From Chiloscyllium plagiosum (taxonomy: Eukaryota), in NCBI RefSeq assembly GCF_004010195.1, contig NC_057719.1, positions 30,703,619 through 30,742,823 of the forward strand: DNA of 39,205 nt, given 5' to 3'. The notes below the pieces were generated by a model. It was not told the origin of the DNA, searched no databases, and saw nothing but the letters and a program-made list of their open reading frames with translations. The translations under genes and the position numbers were made by a program. Positions within the stretch are counted from its first letter, which is position 1. The number at the start of each line of letters is the position of its first letter. Positions 10,880 to 22,022 of the stretch are shown piece by piece.

Positions 10880-12150
10880 TGTACAGTCATAGTGCACAGA
10901 AAAGGCTCTTCAGCCCATCAAGTCTGCACCAATCTATCTATGATCTAATCCTATTTTCCAGCACTTTGCCCATAGCCTTGAATGCTATGTCATTTCCAGT
11001 GTTCAAAGTTTAAAATCACACAACACCAGATTATCGGCCAACAGGTTTATTTGGAAACAATAGCTTTCGGAGCGCTGCTCCTTCATCAGGTGGTTGTGGA
11101 ATATAAAATTGTAAGACACAATTTATAGCAAAAGTTTACAGTGTGATATAACTGAAATTATATATTGAATAAAACCTGGATTGTTGTTAAGTCTCTCATC
11201 TTTTAGAATGGCCATGTTGGTTTCAGTTCTTTCATATGTAAATTGCAGAACATTGAAAAGTTACATTCTCAAGTGAACTTTAACAATTGGTGTCATGTTG
11301 GCCCAGATAATGCATTTAAGGTGTGAGCTGTCCTGTATGAGACTATCTGCACCACAATGGTCAGACTTATTCTAATATAAAAAATTGATTTACAGAATCT
11401 TACATGGATTCATGCAGTTTTTGAGCAAAATAAAATGTAATTCTGCAAATACAAATTCAACCCACAAACTTATATGTATATGCGTGCAAACCTGTTGGAC
11501 TATAGTCTGGTGTTGTGTGATTTTTAACTTTGTATACCTCAGTCCAACACCGACATTTCCAGTGCTCATCCATGTACTTTTTAAAGGCTGTGAGGTTTGC
11601 CTCCCAGGCTGTTTCCATCCAGATTCCCACTACCCTGTGGGTGAAAACTATTTTCTCCAATCTACTCTCAATCTCCTGACCTTCATGTTAAAATTATGCC
11701 CACTCATTGTTGATGCTTCAACTAAGGGGAAACACTGCTTCTGATCCAGCCTGTCCATGCCCCTCATAGTATTATACACCTCAATAAGTATCTCCCGTCA
11801 ACCTTTTTTGCTCCAAAGAAAACAATCTGAGCCTAAGCAGCCTTTCTTCATAGCTAAAATGCTCTATTCCAGGCAACAGCCTGATGAACCTTCTCTGCAC
11901 GTTCTCCAGTGCAATCACATACTTTCTACAATGAGGTGACCAGAACTGTGCATAGTGCTCCAACTGTAGCTTAACCAAAGTTTTGTACAGCTCCAACATA
12001 ACCTCCCTGCTCTTATGTAAAGACTGATAAAGATGTTGCCCATATGCCTTTTTAACTACTCTATTAACCTGTCCTGTCACCTTCAGGGATCTCTGAATGA
12101 GCATTCCAAGATCCTTCTATTCATTTGAGCTTCCTAATTTCCTGCTGGTA
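10880..12150 (-). mobile_element. CR1 LINE 3' fragment interrupted at about 11001/11554 by a PLE-derived insertion
   Basis: ORFs 11781..12104 (REVMLELYKTLVKLQLEH..QFWSPH...LENVQRRFIRLLPG) and 11457..11660 (FTHRVVGIW...LTAFKKYMDEH); 3' UTR at 10885-11000. Confidence 0.88.
11002..11553. mobile_element. Non-autonomous Penelope-like insertion with 44-bp inverted termini and an intact hammerhead core
   Basis: IR 11005-11048 / 11488-11531 (about 4 mismatches); catttccagtg duplicated at 10991-11001 and 11554-11564; minus-strand CTGATGA-A-GGAGC-agc-GCTCC-GAAA-GC-TA at 11089-11061. Confidence 0.75.
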
Positions 12151-12300
12151 GGTTGAGGTTACAACTGAGTGATGGATAGGTGGTGTTTGGAACAACCTAT
12201 AATTTTAAGGAGGAAATTTCCTGCTGCACCCAGATCCACATTTAGATAAATGACTTGAACATACTTAACTATTGGTGGTAGTTGGCCTCCAACAGTCATT

Positions 12301-12527
12301 AGGAGAAAGTGAGGACTGCAGATGCTGGAGATCAGAACTGAAAATGTGTTGCTGGAAAAGCGCAGCAGGTCAGGCAGCATCCAAGGAGCAGGAGTATCGA
12401 CGTTTCGGGCATGAGCCCTTCTTCAGGCATGAGCATTCCTGAAGGAGGGCTCATGCCCGAAACATCAATTCTCCTGCTCCTTGGATGCTGCCTGACCTGC
12501 TGCGCTTTTCCAGCAACACATTTTCAG
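12301..12527. mobile_element. Palindromic (head-to-head) PLE terminus pair with two hammerhead motifs
   Basis: About 90-bp arms 12338-12427 / 12438-12527 are near-perfect reverse complements; ctccaacagt duplicated at 12287-12296 and 12528-12537. Confidence 0.8.
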
Positions 12528-12693
12528 CTCCAACAGTTCTTATAAGGACGATGTGTTAAGCTGCATGAAGAGGTGGCATTGGTTATTTTGGGCAAGCAAA
12601 CATTATAGGATACTTAATTTGCACACTGGGGAGTCAGGAGGTGACTGCAAGAGTCCTAGACTTTGACCTGTTCTTGTAGCTACTATATTATAT

Positions 12694-12806
12694 TCCTGAT
12701 GAAGAGCTTATGCTCAAAACATTGATTCTCTTGCTCTTCAGATGCTGCCTGACCGGCTGTGCTTTTCGACTCTGATCTCCACCATCTTCAGTCCTCACTT
12801 TTTCCC
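12694..12806 (+). mobile_element. Short PLE-terminus insertion with hammerhead motif
   Basis: CTGATGA-A-GAGC-ttat-GCTC-AAAA-CATT (12696-12723) ...cagtcctcactttttccc; atattatat duplicated at 12685-12693 and 12807-12815. Confidence 0.75.
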
Positions 12807-13021
12807 ATATTATATGTCTAGTCCAGGACAGTTTCTGGTTAATGGTAATCTTCAGGATGTTAATAGGTGGGGGTGCATCAGTGATGGTAAAGCCATTGAA
12901 TTGCAAGGGATAATGATTGGATTCTCTCTTGTTGGAGATGGTCATTGCCTGGTACTTCAATGATGTGAGTGTTCCTTGTCACTTGTCAGCCCAAGCCTTG
13001 ATATTGTCTGCATTTGAACAT

Positions 13022-13693
13022 TGTTATGGACAAGGCCAAACCCCCTCAAAGCATTTCAAGGAAGTAGCCCTGACCGTAACTTTGTTAATTGTTTTAAGCA
13101 GGGGTAAAGTGGATATTCCAGGAGTGATGCAGCTGGCCCAACCACATAGTCTTAAGCAAAACAGAATTTATTTGCAAGATTGCCAAATGAAACACAAACA
13201 AAAAGAGAACTGAATATAGAATAACTTAACCCATCTGGAAGCCCTAACAGATTATCCCAACTTAATGATGCTGTTTCAAGTTCCTGCAACAATCCCCATA
13301 AATACCCTTTGGCAATAAAAGGTAAAATCAAACACAGGGTTTTACAGGAGAGATGGCAGAGAGATTCAGCATGGAACACCTTCTTCTATGTCACTGTTTC
13401 TTTGACCAGCAGCCTCAAAGAACTGACTGTGTTCTCTGAACATCCAAACTGCTAAAAAACCCAAAAACCAAACCAAAGCAGAGAAAAATTGAATCAGGAG
13501 AACTGGCCACTCCCCTTTCATTTTACATGTTTTTTAAACTTAAAAGCCTTTTGCCTGAGGCAGTATCAGTTAGCTATAATCAAATTTGCCCTAAAATTCA
13601 TTAAAAGCCAGACATCCCAGAGTCTCTACATTTACAACCTCTCAAAAAAGAACAAAAACAACATAATCTTATTAAAAGAGCAACATCATCACA
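13022..13693 (-). mobile_element. Solo LTR (672 bp), Gypsy- or ERV-type
   Basis: TGTTA...TCACA termini, 4-bp TSD acat (13018-13021, 13694-13697), interrupts a LINE that reads through; AATAAA on minus at 13172-13167. Confidence 0.8.
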
Positions 13694-13744
13694 ACATGGA
13701 TTACTTCACTATCTGAGGAGTCACAACCATTGCTGAACATTGAT

Positions 13745-15045
13745 CATATGAAAGATGAGCAAAGATTGACCAGTCAGTCTTCCAAGTCTGTTCTGCCATT
13801 GAATAACACCATTCAAGAGAAGAAATTTCTCCTCATCTCTGTTCTACAATGACAAACTCTATTTTTAAAAGCAATCCTCCCTAGCTGTGGAACCATCTCC
13901 ATTCTTTTCACCTTCAATTTGTCAAGATCATTTGGGATCTTATTCACATTGATCAAGTCACCTCACACTCTTCGAAACATCAGTGGAATAAGTCCAGCCT
14001 GTCTATTTTTTCCTTATTAGGCAACCCTCTCATTCCAGGAATCAAACTAGTAAACTTCCTATGAGTCACCTCCAAAGTTCCTTAAATAAGGAAAACAAAA
14101 TTACACACAGTTTTGAGATGTCCTCTATAACTGAACCATAAAATTGTTAGTTCTATGCTGAATTTATCAGGTAATAGAAGATAGAATCTCATTAACCTTC
14201 TTGATTTTGTTTTGTAAGTACATACTAATTTTATGTAACTCATGCACCAGAACATTTAAATTCCTCTGCACCTCAGAATTCTGCAGTCATTCTCTAGTTA
14301 AGTAATTTTCTGCATTTTTATTCTTCCTGCCAAAGCAAATAACTTCACATTTTCACAACTTACACTCATCTGTCAGAATTTTGGCCCACTCACTCAACCT
14401 ATCTATATCCATCTCCAACCAAACTCTTGCCCCAATCAAATAAGTCATTAATGTAAATCATAAAAAGTTGATGCTCTAACACAGATACTCGCAGACCTCT
14501 GCTCATCACATCTTGCCAATCAGATAAAGACCCATTTATGCATATTTTCTGTTCTTGCCAGTCAGCCTATCTTCCATCCATTCAAATACATTATCCTCTA
14601 CACTATGAGCTTTTACTTTCCACAATAACCTTTGATGTGTTCCATAAACTAAAGCCTTCTGAAAATCCAAATATAGTATGTCTATGGGCTCCCCTGTATC
14701 CACAGCTCATGTTACTCTTTCACAAGAAGACCAATAAGTTGGTTAACCATGATTTCCCATTGACAAAATGTTTGTAGGGTTTTCTAACTTCATAGTTATA
14801 ATCTTATAGTGTTCAATTTTAAAACATCCTCACAACAGACAGCAAGCTAATTGCCCAATAGTGTTCTTTTTCCTGCCTCGTTTACAGTCCGATGGGATCT
14901 TTCCTGAATTCACAAAATCTTGTAAAATTAACCCTAACTCATCTCCAATCTCATTTGAAATGTTGTTTAAAATTTACAATGAAATCCATCTGGACCTAGA
15001 ATCTTGTCAGCCAGCAGCTCCATCAATTTGTTTAGTACCACTTGC
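13745..15045 (-). mobile_element. Old CR1 LINE ORF2/3' fragment
   Basis: CR1-typical reverse-strand phrases (aagaaatttctcctcatctc, acttcacattttcaca, aagccttctgaaaatccaaata, ccatctggacc); heavily mutated. Confidence 0.7.
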
Positions 15046-15930
15046 GAATGGTTGTTGAGAAAAGACACATTTTGTTGAAGCCATTTTTTGGTCCTCATCA
15101 GAGTGTTTTGCAAGAACATAAATTCAAGGGGAACACCATCTGTACTGCATGAGAGGAGAATGCTGACTGGTTGGCAAATGGATTCTGATTTCCAGAGGTG
15201 TTACCATTGAGAATGTAACTGTTAATGCTGATTGACAGTTAACAGCCTGGTTTTATTCAATTTTAAACCAGTCGGGTTGACTCTGATTGAGGAGGTAATT
15301 GCCCTGAGAAATGAACCAGTGAATGTCTTATGCCTATTTTGTTGAGTTGAAACAGGAACAGTGTCTGTACATGTTCTTTCTATCTGCGAAGAACAGTCCC
15401 GTGTATTAGTACATGCAACTACCAGTACACGCAAGTGTGCCACACTGAGGCCAACTAACAATCCTACTCAAGGTCTGTACTACTAAATGACTATTTGCGT
15501 CCTGAGACAGAGGTACAACAAAGATATAAATAACTTAAAGTTCCATTGAATTCTTTCAAGAATGTATTAAACCCAAGATTGTGCCAGTTTTCACGCCCAA
15601 ATCCACAGATAATATTAAAATGAGACAAAGTCTCACAACTGAATGGGTGTTTATGCAAGAAGATATTGAACAGATTGCTAATAGAATTATTAACTTGTGC
15701 TGTGCCCAACACTGCACTTGGTCTAAAGTGCACAAATTTCTTTCAATTTTGATCTATTTATGCCACTATATTGCTTCTATAGATGACTGCACTATAAACA
15801 ATGCCCGATTAAAACATGCTTGCACCATAAATTTAAAGTGGTTTGGCAACACAAGTAATGATTCCAATAAATATGTGGTAAATCTCCCTGACCATTTCTG
15901 TCTGAAAAGTGAAGAGTTTGTCCTTGTACA

Positions 15931-16207
15931 CAGGAGTTCTGAGGAAGGGTCACAAGAAGACCAATAAGTTGGTTAACCATGATTTCCCATTGACAAAATG
16001 TTTGTAGGGTTTTCTAACTTCATAGTTATAAGCTTATAGTGTCAATTTTAAAACATCCTCACAACAGACAGCAAGCTAATTGGCCAATAGTGTTCTTTTG
16101 TTAACTCTAATTTTTCGTCATAGATGGTGCCATACCTGCCGAGTTTTTCCAGCAATTTTTGTTTTGTTTCTGATTTACAGAATCCGCAGTTCTTTTGGTT
16201 ATTTTTT
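15931..16207 (+). mobile_element. Short PLE-terminus insertion whose hammerhead is split by a copy of 14721-14870
   Basis: TSD agtttgtc(c/t)ttgtaca 15915-15930 / 16208-16223; gagtt-CTGAGGAAGGGTCAC | 149-bp insert | gtt-aactc. Confidence 0.8.
15951..16099 (+). repeat. Near-identical direct copy of 14721-14870
   Basis: cacaagaagaccaataag...gtgttctttt; 2 substitutions and one 1-nt indel. Confidence 0.95.
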
Positions 16208-16599
16208 AGTTTGTCTTTGTACATTATTTTGATGTGCTTTCATCTGACACCAAACAAGAAGATAAATTTCCTGAGTTTAAACTCTTCTGCTCACAGTTAT
16301 CGACCTATAAGCCAGTCCCACAGTGCTCAAGATAGTAAATCCTTGGAGGAGTGCCTAGTTGATCTAGCACGTGCATATTGTGAGATTCTGAATGACTTGT
16401 TCAATTTCCCCATACAGTGTGAATGTCGAGCAGCATTGCCAGACCTCAGAGCCAAGATAGACATACATATCAGTAAACCTTGTAAAGGGATTTGAATAAT
16501 CATCCCTGATAAACATTATTTTACAAACAAAGTGCCATTTTTAATGAGAAGTCCACGTGTCTCTCCATCAGATATAAATGCGCAGTATGACCACACAGC

Positions 16600-17185
16600 C
16601 TGACTAGAAAGTAACTAAAAGATTGTTTGCTGGACTTTTCCAAAAGCAATAAATAGCCAAGTGATATGCAATGGATATGGAGATCTTGCTAAAACTGTAC
16701 AAGGCACTAGTCCAATCACAGCTTGAGTAGTGTGAGCAGTTTTGGCCCTTGATCTTAGAAATGTATCTTGGCATTGAAGCATCCAGAAAAGTTTCACGAG
16801 GTTGATCCTGGGTATGGAGGGATTTGCTTATGAGGAGAAGTTGGGTTGGTGTTATTGTTGTCAATGCAGAGAGGCTGTTTCCCCGAATCTAGGACCAGAG
16901 GGAACAATCTTAGAGTAAGGGAGTGACAATTTAAACAGAGAAGAGGAGGACCTTTTCTTTCAGAAAATCTATGGAATGCTTTACTGCAGAGGGCTATTAT
17001 GGCTGGGTCATTAAGTGTATTCAAAGCTGAGATGGATTTCTAATCATTAAGGGAATTAAGCGTTATGGGGATAAAGCAGGAAAGTGGAGTTGAGGGCTAT
17101 CAGAACTGTTTTTATCTCATTGAATGGCAGAGCAGACTCAATGGGCCAAATGACCTACTTCTGCTTCGATGTCTTACAGACTTAA
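16600..17185 (+). mobile_element. CR1 3' fragment nested in the Penelope ORF
   Basis: ctaaaactgtacaaggcactagt..., 3' UTR ctcattgaatggcagagcagactcaatgggccaaatgacctacttctgct. Confidence 0.8.
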
Positions 17186-18319
17186 GAATGGTCGGGTTCA
17201 TTCTCACAATTCATTGCAGCTCCTTATACATGGACTGTCCAAGACATACAAAAATGTTTTTTCTTTACATTGTCATATCTATGACTGGTTCTGTATAACA
17301 TGAACTGGCCAAATGGTTGGGTGAACTCTCACAACCAGTTTTGAGCAGGTTCCCTACTTACACAGTGAAGGAGCCCTTCACATTTGCAAAGACCTTACAG
17401 GACTTACATAACAATAGCAATACTCTCTCCATATGTTCATTTAACATTGGTAACCTATTCACTCAATGTACCCACTCAAAGAAACCATAAACACCTGCAC
17501 TTCAACACTATATATGGGCAACATAGACAGCAACTATTGTGAATCTGTATTAATTGAACTTATGAACTCAGCAGCTTGTGCAGTTGAATTCAGTCTCAAC
17601 AACATTGTGTATGCTGAAAATAGATGGTGTTGCCATGGAATCCCCACGAGACCAAGCTCTCACAAATATCCTAATATGATTCCATTGGAAATGTGTCTTC
17701 AATGGAATGGCACCTATCCTTCTACCCTTGCATATTTCTGACATGTTGATGATATGTTTGCTATATTTAAATCAGCAGCTGCATGTAATAATTTCCTAAT
17801 GTGTTAATGGGCTCAATCCTGCACTCAAACTCATGTTTGAAATGGAGCTATCAAATAAGTTACCTTTCCTTGATGTCCTAATTGATAAATTGGTCAGTAC
17901 ATTCTCTAATATTCTCTACTGCAAATGTACCTTCATTAGTGCGTACACTTCTTTGGATTCCTACAGTTCCATTTGTTGTAAGGTTAGCCTTTTTGGAAAC
18001 CTTGTAAATAAGCATTAACTCAGTTCTTCACCATACAAACCTGATGCTGAAACATGGCACAATAAAGCCATCCTGCAGGATAATTGCTGCCCTGATCAGA
18101 TATTTTTCACGATATATCAATGCTCATTTCTTCCTGTGTCACAGCGTCATGGCCAGTTTACAAATCCAAACTGCAGCCTCCACTCTCATCTAAAGAGGCT
18201 GAGACAACCTTACACCTATAAGGCGATTGCAAAGATTGACACTCCTACATTTCTGCCTTCTGGGATCCCTTACCTCTCACCTCTCCTGATCATTGATCAG
18301 ATCAGATTACCCTATCTTA

Positions 18320-18450
18320 ACTAATGTGACTGCCTCCTGGTACAAAGAATCCAGGTAACCCAGGTTCCTCTTTCCCGATAGTGTCTGTAGTTCAGCCTCC
18401 ATCATATAAACTCTTAGCCAAAACTGCTTGAACTTCAAACACTTGCTGTA
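18320..18450 (-). mobile_element. CR1 ORF1-region remnant
   Basis: Reverse complement cagcaagtgtttgaag...gaggctgaactacagacact...ttacctggattctttgtaccaggaggcagtcaca resembles shark CR1 ORF1. Confidence 0.5.
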
Positions 18451-18854
18451 CAGTAATTAGTGAATTTTCTAATTTATGACCCAACAGAGGGAAAGTAATT
18501 GATGAAGCAGCTACAGGTCATTGGACCTAAGACACCACCCTGAGGAAATCCTGCAGAGATGTCCTGGAACTGATGTGACTGACTTACAACAACCATCCTC
18601 TTTAGTGCTAGGTATGATGTCAACCAGTTTTCCCCCAATTCCTATTGACTCTAGTTTTCATTAGTCTTCTTGATGCCAAGCTTGGTCAAATACAGTCTTG
18701 ATGTCAAGTCACTCTCACCACATCTCTGGAATGCTGTTCTTTTGTCTATGCTTGGGCCTAGATTATAGTGAGGAACTAAGTGACCCTGCAAAACTCAAGC
18801 TGATGAGCAGTGAGCAGGAGTTTGCTAAAGAAATGCTGCTTGATGATCCATTAG

Positions 18855-19300
18855 ACTATAAGAACAGGAGTAGGGCCTTCAGCCCCTTGAGCCTTCTCCG
18901 CCATTCAATAAGATCAAGACTAATCTGACATTTCTCATATCCACTTTATTGCCTTTTCCCTGTAACCATCAATTCCCCTACTGATCAAGAATCTATCTAT
19001 CTTACCCTCAAAAATATGCATGGACTCTGCCACCACAGCTCTCTGTGACATGGAATTCCAAGGACTGACAATCTCAGTGAAGAAATTCCTCCTCATCTCA
19101 CTCTTAAATTTGCACCCCTTTAATCTGAGACTATGCTCTGGCCCTAGATTTGAGAATGAGACTTCATTTCACCTACGTTCGCCCTAATATTATTTCTGCT
19201 GTGCAGACCCCCAGGGTCTATGTATGAGGGGAAACATCCTCTCAGCATTTACCCTGTCAAGCTTGTAAGAATCCTATATGTTTCAATGCGATCATCTCTC
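18855..19300 (-). mobile_element. CR1 3' fragment
   Basis: ataagaacaggagtagggccttcagccccttgagcc...agaaattcctcctcatctc...tatgtttcaatgcgatca. Confidence 0.8.
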
Positions 19301-20141
19301 GTGATGACGGTACCATACATCACTTTACTGATGATCAAGCGAGCCTGATAGGGTAGTAATTGGGTAGGTTGGATTCGTCCTACTTTTTGTATATAGGACA
19401 TAACTGGATATTTTTGACATTGTTTTGTAGATGCCATGTCGAAGCTGTAGCAGAGCAGCTAGGCTAGGGGCATGGCAAGTTCTGGAGCATAAGTCTTCAG
19501 TACTACGTTTGGCTATCACATGGAATGAATAGAATCAGTTGAACATTTGCATCAGTGATGTTGAGATCCTCTGGAGAAAGCAAAAAGAATCACCGAATTG
19601 GTATTTCTGGCTAAAGATTGTTGCAAAATGCTTCAGCTTTAAGTTTTGCACTAATATTCTGGGTACCTCATCACTGAGGATGTGAAGATTTGTTGAGTCA
19701 CCACCTCTAGTAATTTGTTTAAATTGTCCACCCCATCATGTCTAGATGTGTCAGGATAGCAGAACTTGAATCTGATCTGTTGGTTATGGAATTATGTAGC
19801 CCTGCCTATCATTTGCTAATTATGCTGTTTGGCAGCAAGCACATCTGTATTATAGTTTTACCAGGTCGATGATACATTTTTAGTTATGCCTGGAGCTGTT
19901 CTTGGCATGCCCTCCTGCTCTCTTGGTTGAATCAGAAATGAACCCCTCATTTGATGGTAATTGGAGGTGTGAGGAATAATCCAGACTATGAAGTACATAG
20001 CTGTCATGGCTGATGGTTCACAGGACATTACGGATGCCTTAATTTGAGTTGCTAGATCTGTTTGAAACTTATCCTATTTAGCATGATGATATTGGCTCAC
20101 ACATAATGAAGGTTTTTCTCAATTTGAACATGAGACTTCAC

Positions 20142-20266
20142 CTGTGTTCGCCCTAATATTTTTTTCTCCAGGGTCTATACGTGGCAGTGATGCCACATGT
20201 GGAAGTCACTGCATCAGCTCGCCAATCAGTGTGCAAAGGACTCCAAGTAGCTTAGAGGGAATGCTG
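20142..20266. mobile_element. Possible decayed hAT-type MITE
   Basis: ctgtgttcgccctaa ... ttagagggaatgctg, 10/15 inverted match, resembling CAGTGTTCCCTCTAA termini; host LINE resumes afterwards. Confidence 0.35.
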
Positions 20267-20437
20267 GTGATCATTCTTTACAATACTGGAGTGGTTGAAT
20301 ATAACTGCAGCAGGCAAATGGCTAAGGATGGAGTCAAGTATGCTTTTCCCTCTTGATAGTTCTCTCACTCTTACCATACAAAACATCTAGCAGGTATGTC
20401 CATAAGGATTCACTCAGCTTGGACAATATTGAAGCTG

Positions 20438-20551
20438 ATTTGCCCGAAACGTCGATTTTACTGCTCCTCGGATGCTGCCTGAACTGCTGTGCTCTTCCAG
20501 CACCACTAATCCAGAATCTGGTTTCCAGCATCTGCAGTCATTGTTTTTACC
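20438..20551 (+). mobile_element. 114-bp PLE-terminus insertion, 5'-truncated inside hammerhead stem II
   Basis: Perfect 14-bp TSD caatattgaagctg (20424-20437, 20552-20565); starts atttGCCC-GAAA-CG-TC. Confidence 0.85.
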
Positions 20552-20696
20552 CAATATTGAAGCTGCTGAGCCACTGTTAGGGATGGATATCAAAGTATTC
20601 CATTCTGTATCCTTGCCATCCTCAATGCTTCCACAAAATAGTGTTCAACATGGAGGAGTACTGATTCATCAGCTGAGGCAGTACAGTATATTATCT

Positions 20697-21196
20697 NNNN
20701 NNNNNNNNNNNNNNNNNNNNNNNNNNNNNNNNNNNNNNNNNNNNNNNNNNNNNNNNNNNNNNNNNNNNNNNNNNNNNNNNNNNNNNNNNNNNNNNNNNNN
20801 NNNNNNNNNNNNNNNNNNNNNNNNNNNNNNNNNNNNNNNNNNNNNNNNNNNNNNNNNNNNNNNNNNNNNNNNNNNNNNNNNNNNNNNNNNNNNNNNNNNN
20901 NNNNNNNNNNNNNNNNNNNNNNNNNNNNNNNNNNNNNNNNNNNNNNNNNNNNNNNNNNNNNNNNNNNNNNNNNNNNNNNNNNNNNNNNNNNNNNNNNNNN
21001 NNNNNNNNNNNNNNNNNNNNNNNNNNNNNNNNNNNNNNNNNNNNNNNNNNNNNNNNNNNNNNNNNNNNNNNNNNNNNNNNNNNNNNNNNNNNNNNNNNNN
21101 NNNNNNNNNNNNNNNNNNNNNNNNNNNNNNNNNNNNNNNNNNNNNNNNNNNNNNNNNNNNNNNNNNNNNNNNNNNNNNNNNNNNNNNNNNNNNNNN
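20697..21196. other. Assembly gap (500 N)
   Basis: Run of N. Confidence 1.
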
Positions 21197-21368
21197 TATT
21201 GTACTCTTTGTTACCTTCTCCCCAGCCCACCCACCCCATTTATCTCTCCACCCTGGAGGCTCCCTGCCCCCATTCCTGATGAAGGGCTTTTGCCCGAAAC
21301 TTCGATTTTCCTGCTTCTTGGATGCTGCCTGACCTGCTGTACTTTACCAGCACCACTCTAATCTAGAC
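21197..21368 (+). mobile_element. PLE 3' terminus running out of the gap, with hammerhead motif
   Basis: CTGATGA-A-GGGC-tttt-GCCC-GAAA-CT-TC at 21276-21303; homologous to 33850-34020. Confidence 0.8.
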
Positions 21369-22022
21369 TGTTGAGTCTGTCCTGCCATTAGGGCAGGTAA
21401 TGCCCCGTTAAGGTGTTGTCTGTAGGGATTGCTTGTAAGTTATGATTCTATGACTATGTTCTTAATTATTAAGAAAGAATCTGGCATAACCTGTTTTAAA
21501 TAGTTAAGTGAAATCTCAGAGTTTTCCGTTAGTGGAGATTTAGTTTCAATTCCCAGGAACCCACAAGGTATGTGGCATTCTGGGTAGAGTGACGTCATGT
21601 ACCTAATTTATTTTTGTTGTGCTACATAATTTTCCATTATATTCTGACTCATCAGATGTCTTTGCACAGATGTGCCCCATTGTTTGTGAGACAATTTTTG
21701 ATGGAAAATATTGCTGCACAGCTGCAGAGCAATTAGTCATAAGGCACTGAAGACCACCAACAGTAAAATCAAACTGCAGCAACACTGGATGTCTGCAGTT
21801 CAGATCATTCAACAGAGGGTAGTGATTGTAAATGAGTTAAAACTGATTTTACTGATGAATATGCTATTATGCTTTGATATTTTCTGAATGACTTGAAAAC
21901 TTATGAAAACTACTACCAAATATAGTGCACAGCTTTTGAACAGAACATGTTTTCCATTAATGTGGACAAAAAATGGTATATGTTTCAATCTCACTTTGGC
22001 ACACATGGATATCATTCTATGA

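Larger units (their letters stand above)
12660..13745 (-). mobile_element. Fragment of a second LINE family (CR1/L2 supergroup), host of a PLE terminus and a solo LTR
   Basis: ORF 12688..12960: YQAMTISNKRESNHYPLQFNGFTIT...INIL.ITINQKLSWTRHI; host sequence resumes after 13697. Confidence 0.75.
15052..18125 (+). mobile_element. Decayed Penelope-like element: inverted 3' segment (15052-15460, minus) followed by + strand ORF (about 15490-18125) through the RT, with two nested insertions
   Basis: Minus 15461-15350: AHLRVL..CTNT.. (GIY-YIG C-terminal type); plus: NKYVVNLPDH...EEFVL, LEECLVDLARAYC, IHISKPCKG, SMTGS..HELAKWL, PLKETINTC, IDGVAMG-like (17620-17640), YF*HVDD (about 17732-17752), FEMELSNKLPFLDVL. 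Confidence 0.85.
18480..20696 (-). mobile_element. Decayed LINE (same second family as 12660-13745) with nested insertions
   Basis: Minus strand: YYP..L.IISKVM (19370-19320), LDIKTVFDQAWHQ-like (18670-18712); many stops and frameshifts. Confidence 0.7.

Noticed and set aside
12338..12527. pre-miRNA or DNA-transposon MITE
   Set aside because: Arms are copies of the PLE terminus found singly elsewhere in the window
20472..21332. Long ORFs of 286 and 182 aa
   Set aside because: They span the 500-N gap
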